The notes under the pieces were generated by a model. It was given only the letters and a program-made list of their open reading frames with translations. It was not told the origin of the DNA and made no database searches. This document shows, one piece after another, positions 47,901 to 58,900 of a stretch of DNA of 64,000 nucleotides. A program made the translations under genes and the position numbers. This DNA is from Thermodesulfobacteriota bacterium (GTDB lineage: Bacteria > Desulfobacterota_D > UBA1144 > Nemesobacterales > Mycalebacteriaceae). The stretch's first letter is position 1; each line of letters starts with the position of its first letter. The stretch spans positions 512,001 to 576,000 of the forward strand of contig OZ242184.1 in the NCBI GenBank assembly GCA_965205855.1, written 5' to 3'.

Positions 47901-49169
47901 GTGTATGCCATCACGGTCACGCCCGCCTGGGCCGACTTCAACCCCGCGACTGGGGCTCTGACCGGCACACCCACCAACGATGATGTTGGGATTACCACAG
48001 GAATTGTGATCAGCGTAACCGATGGCATCATCGCCGCGCCGCTGGAACTGCCGGCGTTTGACCTCACCGTTACCAACACCAACGACCCGGCCACCGGCGC
48101 GGTGACCATCAGCGGCATCCCGGTTATGGGCACGACCCTGACGGCGGATACCTCTGCCCTTGCCGATGACGATGGTCTGCCCGAGCCGTCCACATTCACC
48201 TATCAATGGCTTGCTAATGGCTTGGAGATTCCCGGCGCGACCGGGCCCACCTACACCCTGACCCCGGACGAGGTCGGTCAGACCATCAGCGCGATAGTCG
48301 AGTTCACCGATGACCGGAACACAGTTGAGCGCGTGACCAGCGCACCGCTTGGGCCGGTGGTCAATGCCAATAGCCCGCCGACCATCGGTGGTACCCCCGC
48401 CACCACGGTGGCCGAAGACAGCGAATACCGCTTCACGCCGGAGGGCGAGGATGCGGATGGCGATACCCTGATCTACGCCCTCAGTGGCGCACCCGGCTGG
48501 CTCAGCATCGACCCCGCCACCGGGGCGCTGACCGGCACGCCCACCAACGATGATGTCGGCACCACCACAGGAATTGTGATCAGCGTTACCGACGGCATCA
48601 TCGCCACGCCGGTGGAACTGCCGGCGTTTGACCTCACCGTGACCAACACCAACGACCCGGCCACCGGCGCGGTGACCATCGATGGCATTTTGACCGAGGA
48701 TGAGGTCCTGACAGCAAACACGTCCACTCTTGCCGATGACGATGGTCTGCCCGATGAGTCCACATTCACCTATCAATGGTTTACGGACGACGGAACCGCG
48801 AGCGAGCAAATCAGCGGCGCTAACATGAGAACCTACACCCTGACCCAGAGCGATGTGGGCGAGATGATCACCGTGACGGTCAGCTATACCGATGACCGGA
48901 ACACCCTTGAGAGGCACACCAGCGATGCCACACAGCTGGTGACCAACATCAATGACGCACCCACCGGTCGCCCGAGCATCGACGGCACCCCGACCGAGGA
49001 TGAGGAACTGACGGCGAATACCTCTGCCCTTGCCGATGAGGATGGTCTGCCCGATGAGTCCACATTCACCTATCAATGGTTTACGGACGACGGAACCGCG
49101 AGCGAGCAAATCAGCGGCGCTAACATGAGAACCTACACCCTGACCCAGAGAGCAAATCAGCGGCGCTAA
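41913..49169 (+). CDS. Gene 4 N-terminal fragment (2418 aa; signal peptide plus Ig repeats, no anchor)
   Basis: ORF track; ends in out-of-frame residues RANQRR generated by the duplication. Confidence 0.75.
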   Translation: MPVKKRHISDFMLTRLRVVAGFCLLLLFSLGLSATAAHALHQSTNPRILGGNNPVEGQALSAAISNALTDHSSGFNLEVYRWERSSPGSSSGFISIPGFLAGSNNYAPTQSDVGRFLRARVTFTDNLTGEVTSRIVGPTSRVVANANDDPRGLAIAGVPVLGQELTANTSRLADEDGLPNPSEFTYQWNTRVGTTDTPIPNATSRTYTLTQSELGKRITLTLRYTDSFNTQESTTSAATAEVRLNDPPSGLTIAGALTVGEELTADTSTLADEDGLPAESEFSYQWRADGVDIANATDRSYVLTPANIGSQITVTLSYTDNLSKQESLTSPARGPVQSDNNAPTITGTPPLAQVGASYSFMPVGEDADGDTLIYTLSGAPGWLSINPTTGALTGTPGNADVGTTTGIVIDVTDGIIAAPVELAFALTVNGPPTGEVIILDSGRPIVGQVLTADASGLGDANGLSDRSAFSYQWFADSAPIRGANLRTYTPDEVGEVIFVIVSYTDDDGVDEDVSSASIRVFNQLPTADAGPNQSLSKGTEVTLDGSGSSDPEGASLTYLWSQVDGTTVTLSSTTAARPTFTIPNLIPTDDPDSLTFSLVVSDVHDASSTNEETVRIFIRPLFREAIADQTYSLGNEIDDLMLPAALTQEGTSGDVYALSSVPAGLSFDPATRILSGTPTVLGMFGLTYTVTTADGGTDTLEFSITITAVNNPPTGVVTIDGILTEDEVLTANTSTLADEDGLPAESTFTYQWLADGVEIPGATLRTYILTQADVDQILSVLVRYTDDGGTDESVTSAPRGTVANVNDPPTGAVTIAGSLVMGEELTADTSALRDEDGLPAESTFRYRWRANGISIPGATATMRTYRLTAAEVGAEISVRVSYFDLFFMAERITSEPRGPVIGTNEAPTISGTPATMVAEDSEYRFTPVGGDADGHTLIYTIDNRPDWADFDPATGALTGTPGNADVGTTTGIVISVTDGIIAAPVSLPAFFITVINTNDPPTGEVTIEGTLILGEELTADTSALADDDGLPDPATFTYQWFARDGATDTPIFGAMMRTYTLTPNEIDKRIGVRVSYIDDRRTRESLEAVTGGSVSEINLPPTGAVTIRGTLTTGEELTADTSALGDENGLPAESTFTYQWLADDTEISGTTGRTYRLTPNEVGRVITVLVRYTDDDGTAERVTSAPRGPVVGSNQAPTIGGTPATTVAEDSAYNFMPEGGDADGNILTYTLIGAPGWLIINPVTGELTGTPTNDDVGTTTGIVIGVTDGIIAAPVELPAFDLRVTNTNDAPTGGVTITGSLTMGGELTADTSTLADADGLPAEFTFTYQWNTRDGATDTPISGATLRTYTPTQDEVDQILSVLVRYTDDDGATESVTSAPRGPVVNANDAPTIDGTPVTTVAEDSEYSFTPVGMDVDGNFLTYAISGAPGWLSIDPATGELTGTPTNDDVGTTTGIVISVTDGIIAAPVELPAFDLTVTNTNDAPTGAVTISGILTMGEELTADTSTLADDDGLPEPSTFTYQWLADGVEIPGATLRTYTLTPDEVGQTISLVVRYTDLRSSEEEVTSAPRGPVANANTPPTIGGVPATTVAENSEYSFTPVGMDVDGHTLIYAITVTPAWADFNPATGALTGTPTNADVGTTTGIVISVTDGIAAPVELPAFALTVTDINNPPTGAVTVNGILTTGEQLTADTSALADDDGLPDRSTFFYRWIARSGTTDRTLLVGPFDTYTLTADEVDAQIRVTVSYFDFNDTDENLTSAPRGPVKSDNSPPTIGGTPATTVVEGSAYNFTPEGGDEDVGDTLVYAITVTPDWADFDPATGALTGTPTNDDVGTTTGIVISVTDGIIAAPLELPAFDITVTNINTVPTGGVTISGTLTMGEVLTADTSTLADGDGLPDESGFRYTWQADFTSIPNATMRTYTLTPAEIGKRILVIVRYTDGQGRAENVFSELRGPVVGTNTPPTISGVPATTVAEDSEYLFTPTGMDADSDDTLVYAITVTPAWADFNPATGALTGTPTNDDVGITTGIVISVTDGIIAAPLELPAFDLTVTNTNDPATGAVTISGIPVMGTTLTADTSALADDDGLPEPSTFTYQWLANGLEIPGATGPTYTLTPDEVGQTISAIVEFTDDRNTVERVTSAPLGPVVNANSPPTIGGTPATTVAEDSEYRFTPEGEDADGDTLIYALSGAPGWLSIDPATGALTGTPTNDDVGTTTGIVISVTDGIIATPVELPAFDLTVTNTNDPATGAVTIDGILTEDEVLTANTSTLADDDGLPDESTFTYQWFTDDGTASEQISGANMRTYTLTQSDVGEMITVTVSYTDDRNTLERHTSDATQLVTNINDAPTGRPSIDGTPTEDEELTANTSALADEDGLPDESTFTYQWFTDDGTASEQISGANMRTYTLTQRANQRR

Positions 49170-49940
49170 CATGAGAACCTACACCCTGACCCAGAGCGAG
49201 GTGGGCAAGAACATCGTCGTGGAAGTCTCCTACCGGGATCTTCAGGGCGGCAATGAGACGGTGCGAAGCGCCGATTCCTTTGGGCCGGTGGACAATGTCG
49301 ATCAACCCCCGACCATAAGTAGCGTTCCGCCCGTCAGCAGCGACCCCGATTCGCCCACTACCTTCAGGGTGTCTCCGGGCGAGCCCTTTTTATTCAGGAT
49401 AACGGCCGAGGATTTGGATGGCGACGGGGTCCAGATCATACCAAGAGCTTTACTTGGTAGTTGGCTCTCGTTCCTCCCTCTCTTCGAAGAGACCGATTTC
49501 GAAAACGGTTTCGGTATCGCTGAAGTTTCCGGCACGCCGGGCAGTGCGGATATCGGCAGCACAACGATGGGTGGTTTTGATGTCTTTACCACCAATCTTT
49601 CTGAGCAAAGGAGCGACACTCTGCCCGTCTTTTTTATCGAGGTGATTGACAATAGCCTACCGACCATTGGCGGCACCCCGACGGAGGCGGTCGAAGACAG
49701 CGCCTACAACTTCACGCCGGAGGGCGAGGATGCGGATGGCGACACCCTGACCTATATGATCGAGAACCTGCCCGCCTGGGCCAGCTTCAACTCCGCGACC
49801 GGGGCGCTGACCGGCACGCCCGGCAACGACGATGTTGGGATGACCACAGGAATTGTGATCAGCGTTACCGACGGCATCATCGCCACGCCGGTGGAACTGC
49901 CGGCCTTTGATCTCACCGTCATCAACACCAATGACCCCGC
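44030..49940 (+). repeat. Alternating He_PIG-like / 'TGAVTI..GEELTADTS' Ig modules (~580-bp period), gene 4
   Basis: Repeated PTIGGTPATTVAEDS...ALTGTP.N.DVGTTTGIVISVTDG and ADTSALADDDGLP..STFTYQW motifs. Confidence 0.85.
49105..49196 (+). repeat. Perfect 2 x 46-bp tandem duplication causing the gene 4 frameshift
   Basis: agcaaatcagcggcgctaacatgagaacctacaccctgacccagag occurs at 49105 and again at 49151. The paralogous unit 300 bp upstream (48805-48850) has one copy. Confidence 0.97.
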
Positions 49941-52900
49941 CACCGGTCGCCCTGGGATACAAGTGGCCACGAGTGAGGGGGGCATGGAACCGAACCGCTT
50001 TATAGAATTTACCGCTTTACCCGAATCCATTGTCGATCAGGATGGTCTGCCCGAAGAGGATTATTCCGGGTTACAACGTCCGTTCACCTACCAATGGAAT
50101 AGGCACGAGGCAGGCGTGGACACGGCGATTCCCGGCGAGACCTCAAAATTCTACCGTCAGCCCGTTGCCGATTTCGGCGATAGAGTCACCCTGACTGTCG
50201 TCAGCTTCACCGATCTTCGGGGTGGCAATGAGGGGCCCCTGACCAGCGCTCCCGCGTTGGCGATGGGGATCAATCTGTTTGCCACCGGCGAGGTGACCAT
50301 CGACGGTGACCTGATCGAGGATCAGACCCTGACGGCAAATACCGAAACCCTTGGCGATCCAAATGGCCTGCCCGACCCGTCCACATTCACCTATGTATGG
50401 GAAAGGCAACCGGCCGGTCAGCTCTCCCGCCCTATCTCCGGCGCGACATCCAACACCTACGTCCTGACCCAGGCCGATGTGGGCGCGCGTATTAGAGTGA
50501 TTGTCCACTACACCGATCTTGATGGCTTTACTCGCAATGCACCCCCCGGGGATAGTGAGGAAGACGTTGAAATTGGGGTAGCCTCTAATTTCCGTGGGCC
50601 CGTGGCGAATTTCAGCCACGCCTCCACCGGCGGGGTGAGTATCACCAATGCCGACGGAGAGCCGCTCACCGGCGCCCAGGGGGAGCCGCCGCCCGCCGGC
50701 ATCCCGCCCCCGGCCGAGGATCAGATGCTGACAGCGGATGCCTCTGCCATTGAAGATGCGGATGGTCTGCCCGATGAGTCCACGTTCACCTATCAATGGA
50801 ATACGCGCGACGGCGCCACAGACACGCCGATTCCCGGCGCGACCGGGCGCACCTACACCCTGACCCAGAGCGAGGTCGACAAGCCCGTCACCCTGAGGGT
50901 CAGCTTCATTGATGGCGACGGGACGGAGGAAAATCAGACCAGTGAGGCAACGGCGGAGGTGACCAATGTCAATGACCTGCCCACCGGCGCGGTGACCATC
51001 AACGGCATTTTGACCGACGGCGCGGAACTGACGGCGAACATCTCTGCCCTTGTTGATGAGGATGGCCTGCCCGATGAGTCCGAATTCGAATATGAATGGT
51101 TTGCGAATTTCACGCCTATCACCGATGCGACTGAGCGAACCTATACCCTGACCCAGGCCGAAGTGGGCAAGAGTATCACCCTGACCGTCCGCTACACTGA
51201 CCTTCAGGGCGTGGATGAGAGCCTGACCAGCCTTCTTACGGCGCCGGTGTTCAATGCCGATGACCCCACCACTGGCTTTCCCGACATCATCGGCGACCTC
51301 ATCCAGGGCCAGACCGTGACGGTGGATACCTCCGGCCTGATGGATGAGGATGGTCTGGGCACCTTCACCTATAGATGGCAGCGCTCAGATGGTATGAATC
51401 CTGTTTTTATCGACGGCGCCACCGGTAGCACCTACACCCTGACTCAGGACGATGTGGGTCATTTTCTGTTTGTGTTTGTCGTTCATACCGATCTTCTGGG
51501 TGGCATAACGGGAGAATTACAAGGTGGTACCGACCTTGGTTTTAACGCCTTCGTCCGCAATATCAACGACCCACCCACCGGCCTGACCATCAGCGGTGGG
51601 TTGGTAGTGGGCCAGACGCTCAGCGCGGATACTTCGGCGCTGGTGGATATCGATGGCTTGCCCGATGAGTCCGAGTTCAGTTATCAATGGCAGGCCGATG
51701 GCGTGGACATCGCCAACGCCACCGACCCCAGCTATGTCCTGACCCCGGCAAATATCGACAATCACATCAGCGTTACCCTCAGCTACACGGATAATTTTAG
51801 CGAGAACGAGTCCATCACCAGCCCGGCCCGTGGCCCGGTGCGGGCTGCCGAAATCAATAACGCCCCCAGCACCGGCGGTCTGGCGGTCACGACAGACGAG
51901 GATACCGCGTATACCTTTGCGGCGGCTAACTTCAACTTTAACGATGCCGACACTGGCGATATGCTGGAGCAAGTGCGCATAGATAGCCTGCCCGGTACCG
52001 GCAATCTGACCCTGAACGGCACAGCGGTTAGCGACGGACAAGAGATTGTTACCGGCGCTATCCCCAATCTGGTCTATACCCCGGCGTTGAATTTCAACGG
52101 CAGTGTGAGCTTCCTCTACAGCGTCTCCGACGGCGTTGTCTTCAGCACCCCGCCCGCCAACGCCGCCATCAGCATTACCCCGGTCAATGATTCGCCCACC
52201 GGCGTGGCTCCTGTGCTGCCCGCGCTGGGCCTGGCGGGGGGCGCACAGACGGTTGATTTGAATAGCAGTTTTAGCGACCCCGATGGCGATGGTTTGATCT
52301 ATAGTGCAAGCTCCGTTGATGAAAGCGTGCTCAGGGTGTCGGTGTCGGGCGCTGTGCTGATCCTCACGCCGGTCGCCCTGGGCGCCAGCACCCTCACCAT
52401 CACGGCCGAGGATGGCAACGGCGGCAGCTTCAGCCTGAGCGTGGATGCCACGGTGGGCACTAATAGTCGGCCCAGGATTCCGGATATTGTGCTGCCTGTG
52501 TTGACCGAGTCCGCGGGAGAACAGAGTTTTGAAGTGAGCGACAATGCCACGGGGGTGGACCCTGACGGCGATAGTTTGACCTACACCGTGTTCTCTGATG
52601 ATGAGGGCATCGCCACGGCGAGGATAGATAACTCCCCCCCGCTAATCACCCTGATCATTACCCCGATCAGCATCGGTAGCACCACCTTCACCATCACCGC
52701 CGATGATGGCAATGGCGGCACGGATAGCCGGAGGGTTGCGGTGCAGGTGCTGGGGCCCAACCAGGCTCCTCAGCGCACGACGGTCCCTCTGGTGGCACCT
52801 GAGCTGAGTCGGGCGGCGGGGCCACAAGAGGTTGAGCTGAGCGGCGCTTTTACAGACCCTGATGGCGATGATGATGCTTTGACTTATGATGCGGCCTTTT

Positions 52901-55900
52901 TAAGCGGGGACGCTGATGTGGTCACGTTGGCAGTCACGGGCAGTACGCTGACCCTGACCCCGGTGGGAATTGGTAGCGCCAGTATCAATATCAGTGCGAC
53001 GGATAGCCGGGGCGGCATAGGCGCCGGGGCACTTGATGTTACGGTGAATAACAGCCCACCCAGCGGCGCGGTGAGCATCGATGGCACCCCGACCGAGGAC
53101 GAGGAACTGACGGCGGTAACCGGTGCCATTGTCGATGCCGATGGTCTGGATAACGCGGTTTTCACCTATCAATGGAACCGGAACGACGGAACCACGGACA
53201 CGGCAATCAGCGACGCGACCTCTGCAACCTACACCCTGACCCAGAGCGATGTGGGCGAGGTGATCACCGTGACGGTCAGCTACCAGGATGGAGGAGGCAA
53301 TGATGAGAGTCTGACCAGCGCGCCCACGGAGGCGGTGGCCAATGTCAATGACGAACCCACCGGATTACCGATCATTACCGGCACGGCGACCGAGGATGAG
53401 ACTCTGACGGCGGATACCTCGGGAATTGAAGATGATGATGGCCCTGATACTCTGTCATTCACCTATCAATGGAACCGGAACGACGGAACCACGGACACGG
53501 CAATCAGCGATGCGACCTCTGCAACCTACACCCTGACCCAGAGCGATGTGGGCGAGGTGATCACCGTGACGGTCAGCTACCAGGATGGAGGAGGCAATGA
53601 TGAGAGTCTGACCAGCGCGCCCACGGAGGCGGTGGGCAATGTCAATGACGAACCCACCGGATTACCGATCATTAGCGGCACGGCGACCGAGGATGAGACT
53701 CTGACGGCGGATACCTCGGGAATTGAAGATGATGATGGCCCCGATACTCTGCCGTTCACCTATCAATGGAACCGGAACGACGGAACCACGGATACGGCGA
53801 TCAGCGATGCGACCTCTGCAACCTACACCCTGACCCAGAGCGATGTGGGCGAGGTGATCACCGTGACGGTCAGCTACCAGGATGGAGGAGGCAATGATGA
53901 GAGTCTGACCAGCGCGCCCACGGAGGCGGTGGCGGCGGCCATCACCCCCAATACCCCGCCCACCTCAAGCGGGCTGGATGTTACGCTGGACGAGGATGGC
54001 AGCCATACTTTTGCGGTCGCCCAGTTTAATTTTGCCGATACCGACAGCGGCGATAGCCTGGACGCGGTGCGCATCGATAGCCTGCCCGCCAGCGGCAGCC
54101 TGACCCTGAGCGGCGCAGCGGTTAGCGTCATGGACGTGATTGCCGCCGCCGATATCTCGAACCTGGTCTATACCCCGGTGGCCAATGTCAACGGCGCTGC
54201 GACCTTCACCTTCAGCGTCTCCGACGGCACTGACTTCAGTACCCCGCCTGCTACGGCAACCCTGACCGTTACTCCGGTCAATGACGCGCCCACCACCAGC
54301 GATCTGAGTGCCACTACCGACGAGGATACCGCCTATGACTTTACGGCGAGTGACTTCAACTTTAGCGATGTGGACAGCGGCGATAGCCTGGACGCGGTGC
54401 GCATCGATAGCCTACCCGCCAGCACCAACGGCAGCCTGACGCTAAACGGCACAGCGGTGGCCCTGGCCCAAGAGATTCCCGTTGCCGGTATTCCGAATCT
54501 GGTCTATACCCCGGCGGCCAATGTCCACGGCATGGACAGCTTCACCTTCAGCGTCTCCGACGGCACTGATTTTAGTACCCCGCCCTCCACGGCAACCATC
54601 ACCATTAACTCGGTCAATGATGAGCCCAGCGGCACGGTGACGATCAGCGGCACTCCCCGGGTGGGCCAGACCCTGATGGCGGACACCACCGGCATTACCG
54701 ATGCCGATGGCCCTGATATGCTGTCATTCACCTATCAATGGCTTGCGGGTAGCAATCTTATCAGCAACTCGGACTCCCCAACCTACATCCTGACCGGGGA
54801 CGAATTAGGCGAGATGATCAGTGTGGACGTCAGCTACATGGATGCCGATGGCATTGAGGGAGGTCTTGTCAGTGATCCCGTCGGGCCGGTGATCGCGGCA
54901 AGCACCAACAACCCGCCCACCACCAGCGGACTGACGGCCACGACTGCTGAAGACATCCCCTATACTTTTGCGGCGGGTAATTTCAACTTTAACGATACCG
55001 ACAGCGGCGATAGCCTGGACGCGGTGCGCATCGATAGCCTGCCTGCCAACACCGACGGCAGCCTGGCGCTGAACGGCACAGCGGTGATCGTGACCCAAGA
55101 GATTTCCGTTGCCGGTATTCCGAATCTGGTCTATACCCCGGTGACCAATGTCAACGGCGCTGCGACCTTCACCTTCAGCGTTTCCGACGGCACTGACTTC
55201 AGTACCCCGCCTGCCACGGCAACCCTGACCGTTACTCCGGTCGATGATGATCCCATCGGATTACCGACCATTAGCGGCACGCCCCGGGTGGGTGAGACCC
55301 TGACGGCAAACACCAGCGGCATTAGCGATGCCGATGGCCTTACGAACGTGACTTTCACCTATCAATGGCTGGCGGATGGCGGGCCCCTTAGCGGTGCGAC
55401 CTTGCCGACTCTTGCCTTGACGAGTGCGAATTTGGGTGCGGATATTGAGGTACGGGTCAGCTTTACAGACGATGCCGGCAACAATGAAGTACTGACCAGC
55501 GACCCGGTCAGTATTGAAGCGGCGGCGGCGCCTTTTCCCAGCGCTGTAATTGCACCGATTGCTCCGGCGCTGTTGCTTACTGAGAATGGCGTGGAGGGCG
55601 TGGATGGTGGCGTCACCATCACCCTGGATGGCAGTGGCAGTAGCACCACCCCCCCGGGCGGCACGCTGACCTACGCTTGGACTGAACTCTCGGGAACTGA
55701 CACCGCCCTGACCGGCGCGGTCACGGCTATGCTCAGTTTCACCACGCCCGCCCGTGCGGTGGAGGTCGCGAACCTGGTCTTCCAACTGACTGTGACCGAC
55801 ACCGCCAGCAATTCGGAGGGTTTTACCACCATTGGGGTAACGGTTCTGCCTACTATGGTTGAGCCTGTTGTCGCTGTGGCTGGGCCAGATCAGACCGTGT

Positions 55901-58900
55901 CCGCAGGCGCTACGGTGACGCTGGATGGTAGAGCCAGTACCGGCGGGACCCTGTCCTATAGCTGGGTGCAGACTGCCGCTCCCGGCGCAGGTATCCAATT
56001 GGACGATTTTGAGTCTGCCACGCCAGTTTTTACTGCGCCGGACGTGACCACTACCAGGGATTTGGAGTTCAGATTGCAAGTGATGGGATCCGGCATCAGC
56101 AGCAATTTCGACGAAGTCATCATTACCGTCGTGGGCGCGCCGAACATCTCGTCCGGCGTCAACAGCCTGAGCGCCCCCGTAGGAGTTGCCATCGAGCCGA
56201 TCACCATCACCTCGACAAGCGGCGGCACGGTGGCCAGTTACAGCATAGCTCCGTCCATTGACAATGGCCTGTTCTTTGATGAGAGCACCGGCACTATCTC
56301 CGGCACGCCATTTGCATCCGCCGCTGAGGTGGTCTACACAATCACTGGGGAAAATGTCAGCGGCACGGACACCGTCGAGGTTGCCATCACCGCCACCGAT
56401 GGCAATCTGCCACCGGTAGCCAATGCCGGCACCGACCGTACGGTTAGACCCACTCTGAACTTTGTGGTCGAACTGGACGGCAGCGCCAGTTCCGACCCCG
56501 AGGGCGGGGCCCTGATCTACGTCTGGACCCAGAACGGCGAGCCCGAAGTCGGTCTGACCGGAAGGGACACAGCAACCCCGGGTTTCACCCTGACCCAGTC
56601 CCTGCTTGATCAGTTGTCGGGAGAACCCACGCTGAGCTTCTCTTTGACGGTCACCGATGCCATGAATCAGGCTTCTGCACCTGACAGCGTAGATATTCGC
56701 TTTGATATGACGCCCCCGGTTATCAGCCTGGTCGGCGATTTTTCGGTATCCATCGGAGAGGGCGGCACCTATACGGAAGCCGGTGCGGCGGCCACGGACG
56801 CTGTTGACGGGGATATTAGCGGCGATATCAGAACGGCCATAGTCTACGATAACAACACCGTCGACACCAGCGACGACGATCTGGTTAATGCGGTCGATAC
56901 CGCCAGGGTCGGCATCTACACCATCACCTACAGGGTGGCAGATACGGCGGGCAACGCTGCCACGCCGCTTATCCGCACAGTCGAGGTCGAGGACAGAACT
57001 GCCCCGGCTATCACCCTGTTAGGCGAGGCCGAGATAACCATAGCGGCGGATACTGCCTATACTGATGCCGGTGCGACGGCCATGGACAATGCTGACGGGG
57101 ATATTAGCAGCGATATCAGGACGGCCATAGTCTACGATAACAACACAGCCGACACCGGCGACGACGAGACGGTCACTGCGGTAGATACCGCCAGGGTCGG
57201 CGTCTACACCATCACCTACAACGTGGAAGATGCGGCGGGCAACGTTGCCACGGCGGCCAGCCGCAGGGTCACTGTCGAGGACAGAACCGCCCCGGTCATT
57301 GACCGGAACGGCCCTTATAGGGTATCCATCGGACAGGGCGAGACCTATACGGACGCCGGTGCGACGGCCACGGACAATATTGACGGGGATATTAGCGGCC
57401 AGATCACAGTGAGCATTACCGATAGCAGTGGCACCACGATTACTGCGGTAGATACCGGCAGGGTTGGCGTCTACAACATCACCTACAACGTGACAGATAC
57501 GGCGGGCAATGCTGCTGCGCCAAGGCGCAGGAGGGTTACTGTCACCGCGGACGTAACGCCCCCGGTTATCACCCTGGTCGGCGCTTCTGTGGTATCCATC
57601 GACCAGGGCGGCACCTATACCGACGCCGGTGCGACGGCCACGGACGCTGTTGACGGGGATATTAGCGGCCAGATCACAGTGAGCATAGTCTACAATAACA
57701 ACACCGGCGACGACGAGACGGACGACGAGACGGTTAATGCGGTCAATACCAGCAGGGTTGGCGTCTACACCATCACCTACAGGGTGACAGATGATGCGGG
57801 CAATGATGCCACGGCGGTCGAGCGCACAGTCGAGGTCGAGGACGTAACGCCCCCGGTTCTCAGCCGGCTCGGCGCTTTTAGTGTATCAATCGAGCAGGGC
57901 GCCACCTATGCGGACGCCGGTGCGGCGGCCACGGACAATGTTGACGGTGATATTGGCGACCGGGTCAGACCGAGCTTTGTCTACAATAACAACACCCCCG
58001 ACCCCGGCGACGACATAAGGGTCAATGCGGTAGATACCAGCAGGGTCGGCGTCTACACCATCACCTACAACGTGACAGATGCGGCGGGCAACGCTGCCAC
58101 GCCGGTTGAGCGCAGGGTCACTGTCGAGGAAGGAACTGCCCCGGTTATCACTCTGCTCGGCGATTCTACGGTATCCATCGACCAGTTCGCCACCTATACG
58201 GACGCTGGTGCGACAGCCACGGACGCTGCTGAGGGGAATATTACCAACCGGATCAGAACGACCATCGTCTACAACAACACCGCTGGCACCGGCGACGACG
58301 AGACGGTTAATGCGGTCGATACCCTCAGGGTCGGCGTCTACACCATCACCTACAATGTGGCAGATGCGGCGGGCAATGATGCCACGGCGGTCAGCCGCAC
58401 AGTCACTGTCGCGGACAGAACGGCCCCGGTTATCAACCTGGGCGACCCTGCCAGGGTATCCATCGCAGTGGGAGCGGACTACATTGAACAGGCGACAGCA
58501 TCGGACGATACTGACGGGGATATTACCAGCGCGATCACAGCGACTATCGTCTACAACAACAACACCGCCGACACCGGCGACGACGAGACGGTTAATATGG
58601 TGGATACCAGCAGGCTAGGCATCTACACCATCACCTACAGGGTGGCAGATGTGGCGGGCAACGATACGGCGGTCGAGCGCAGGGTTACTGTCGAGGATCA
58701 AACTGCCCCGGCTATCACCCTGGTCGGCGATTCTGCGGTATCCATCGGGCAGGGCGGCACCTATACGGACGCCGGTGCGACAGCCACGGACAATATTGAC
58801 GGGAATATTACCAACCGGGTCAGCATGAGAATTACCGACAGCAGCGGCACCGTGATTGCTGCGGTCAATACCCGCACGACTGGCGTCTACACCATCACCT

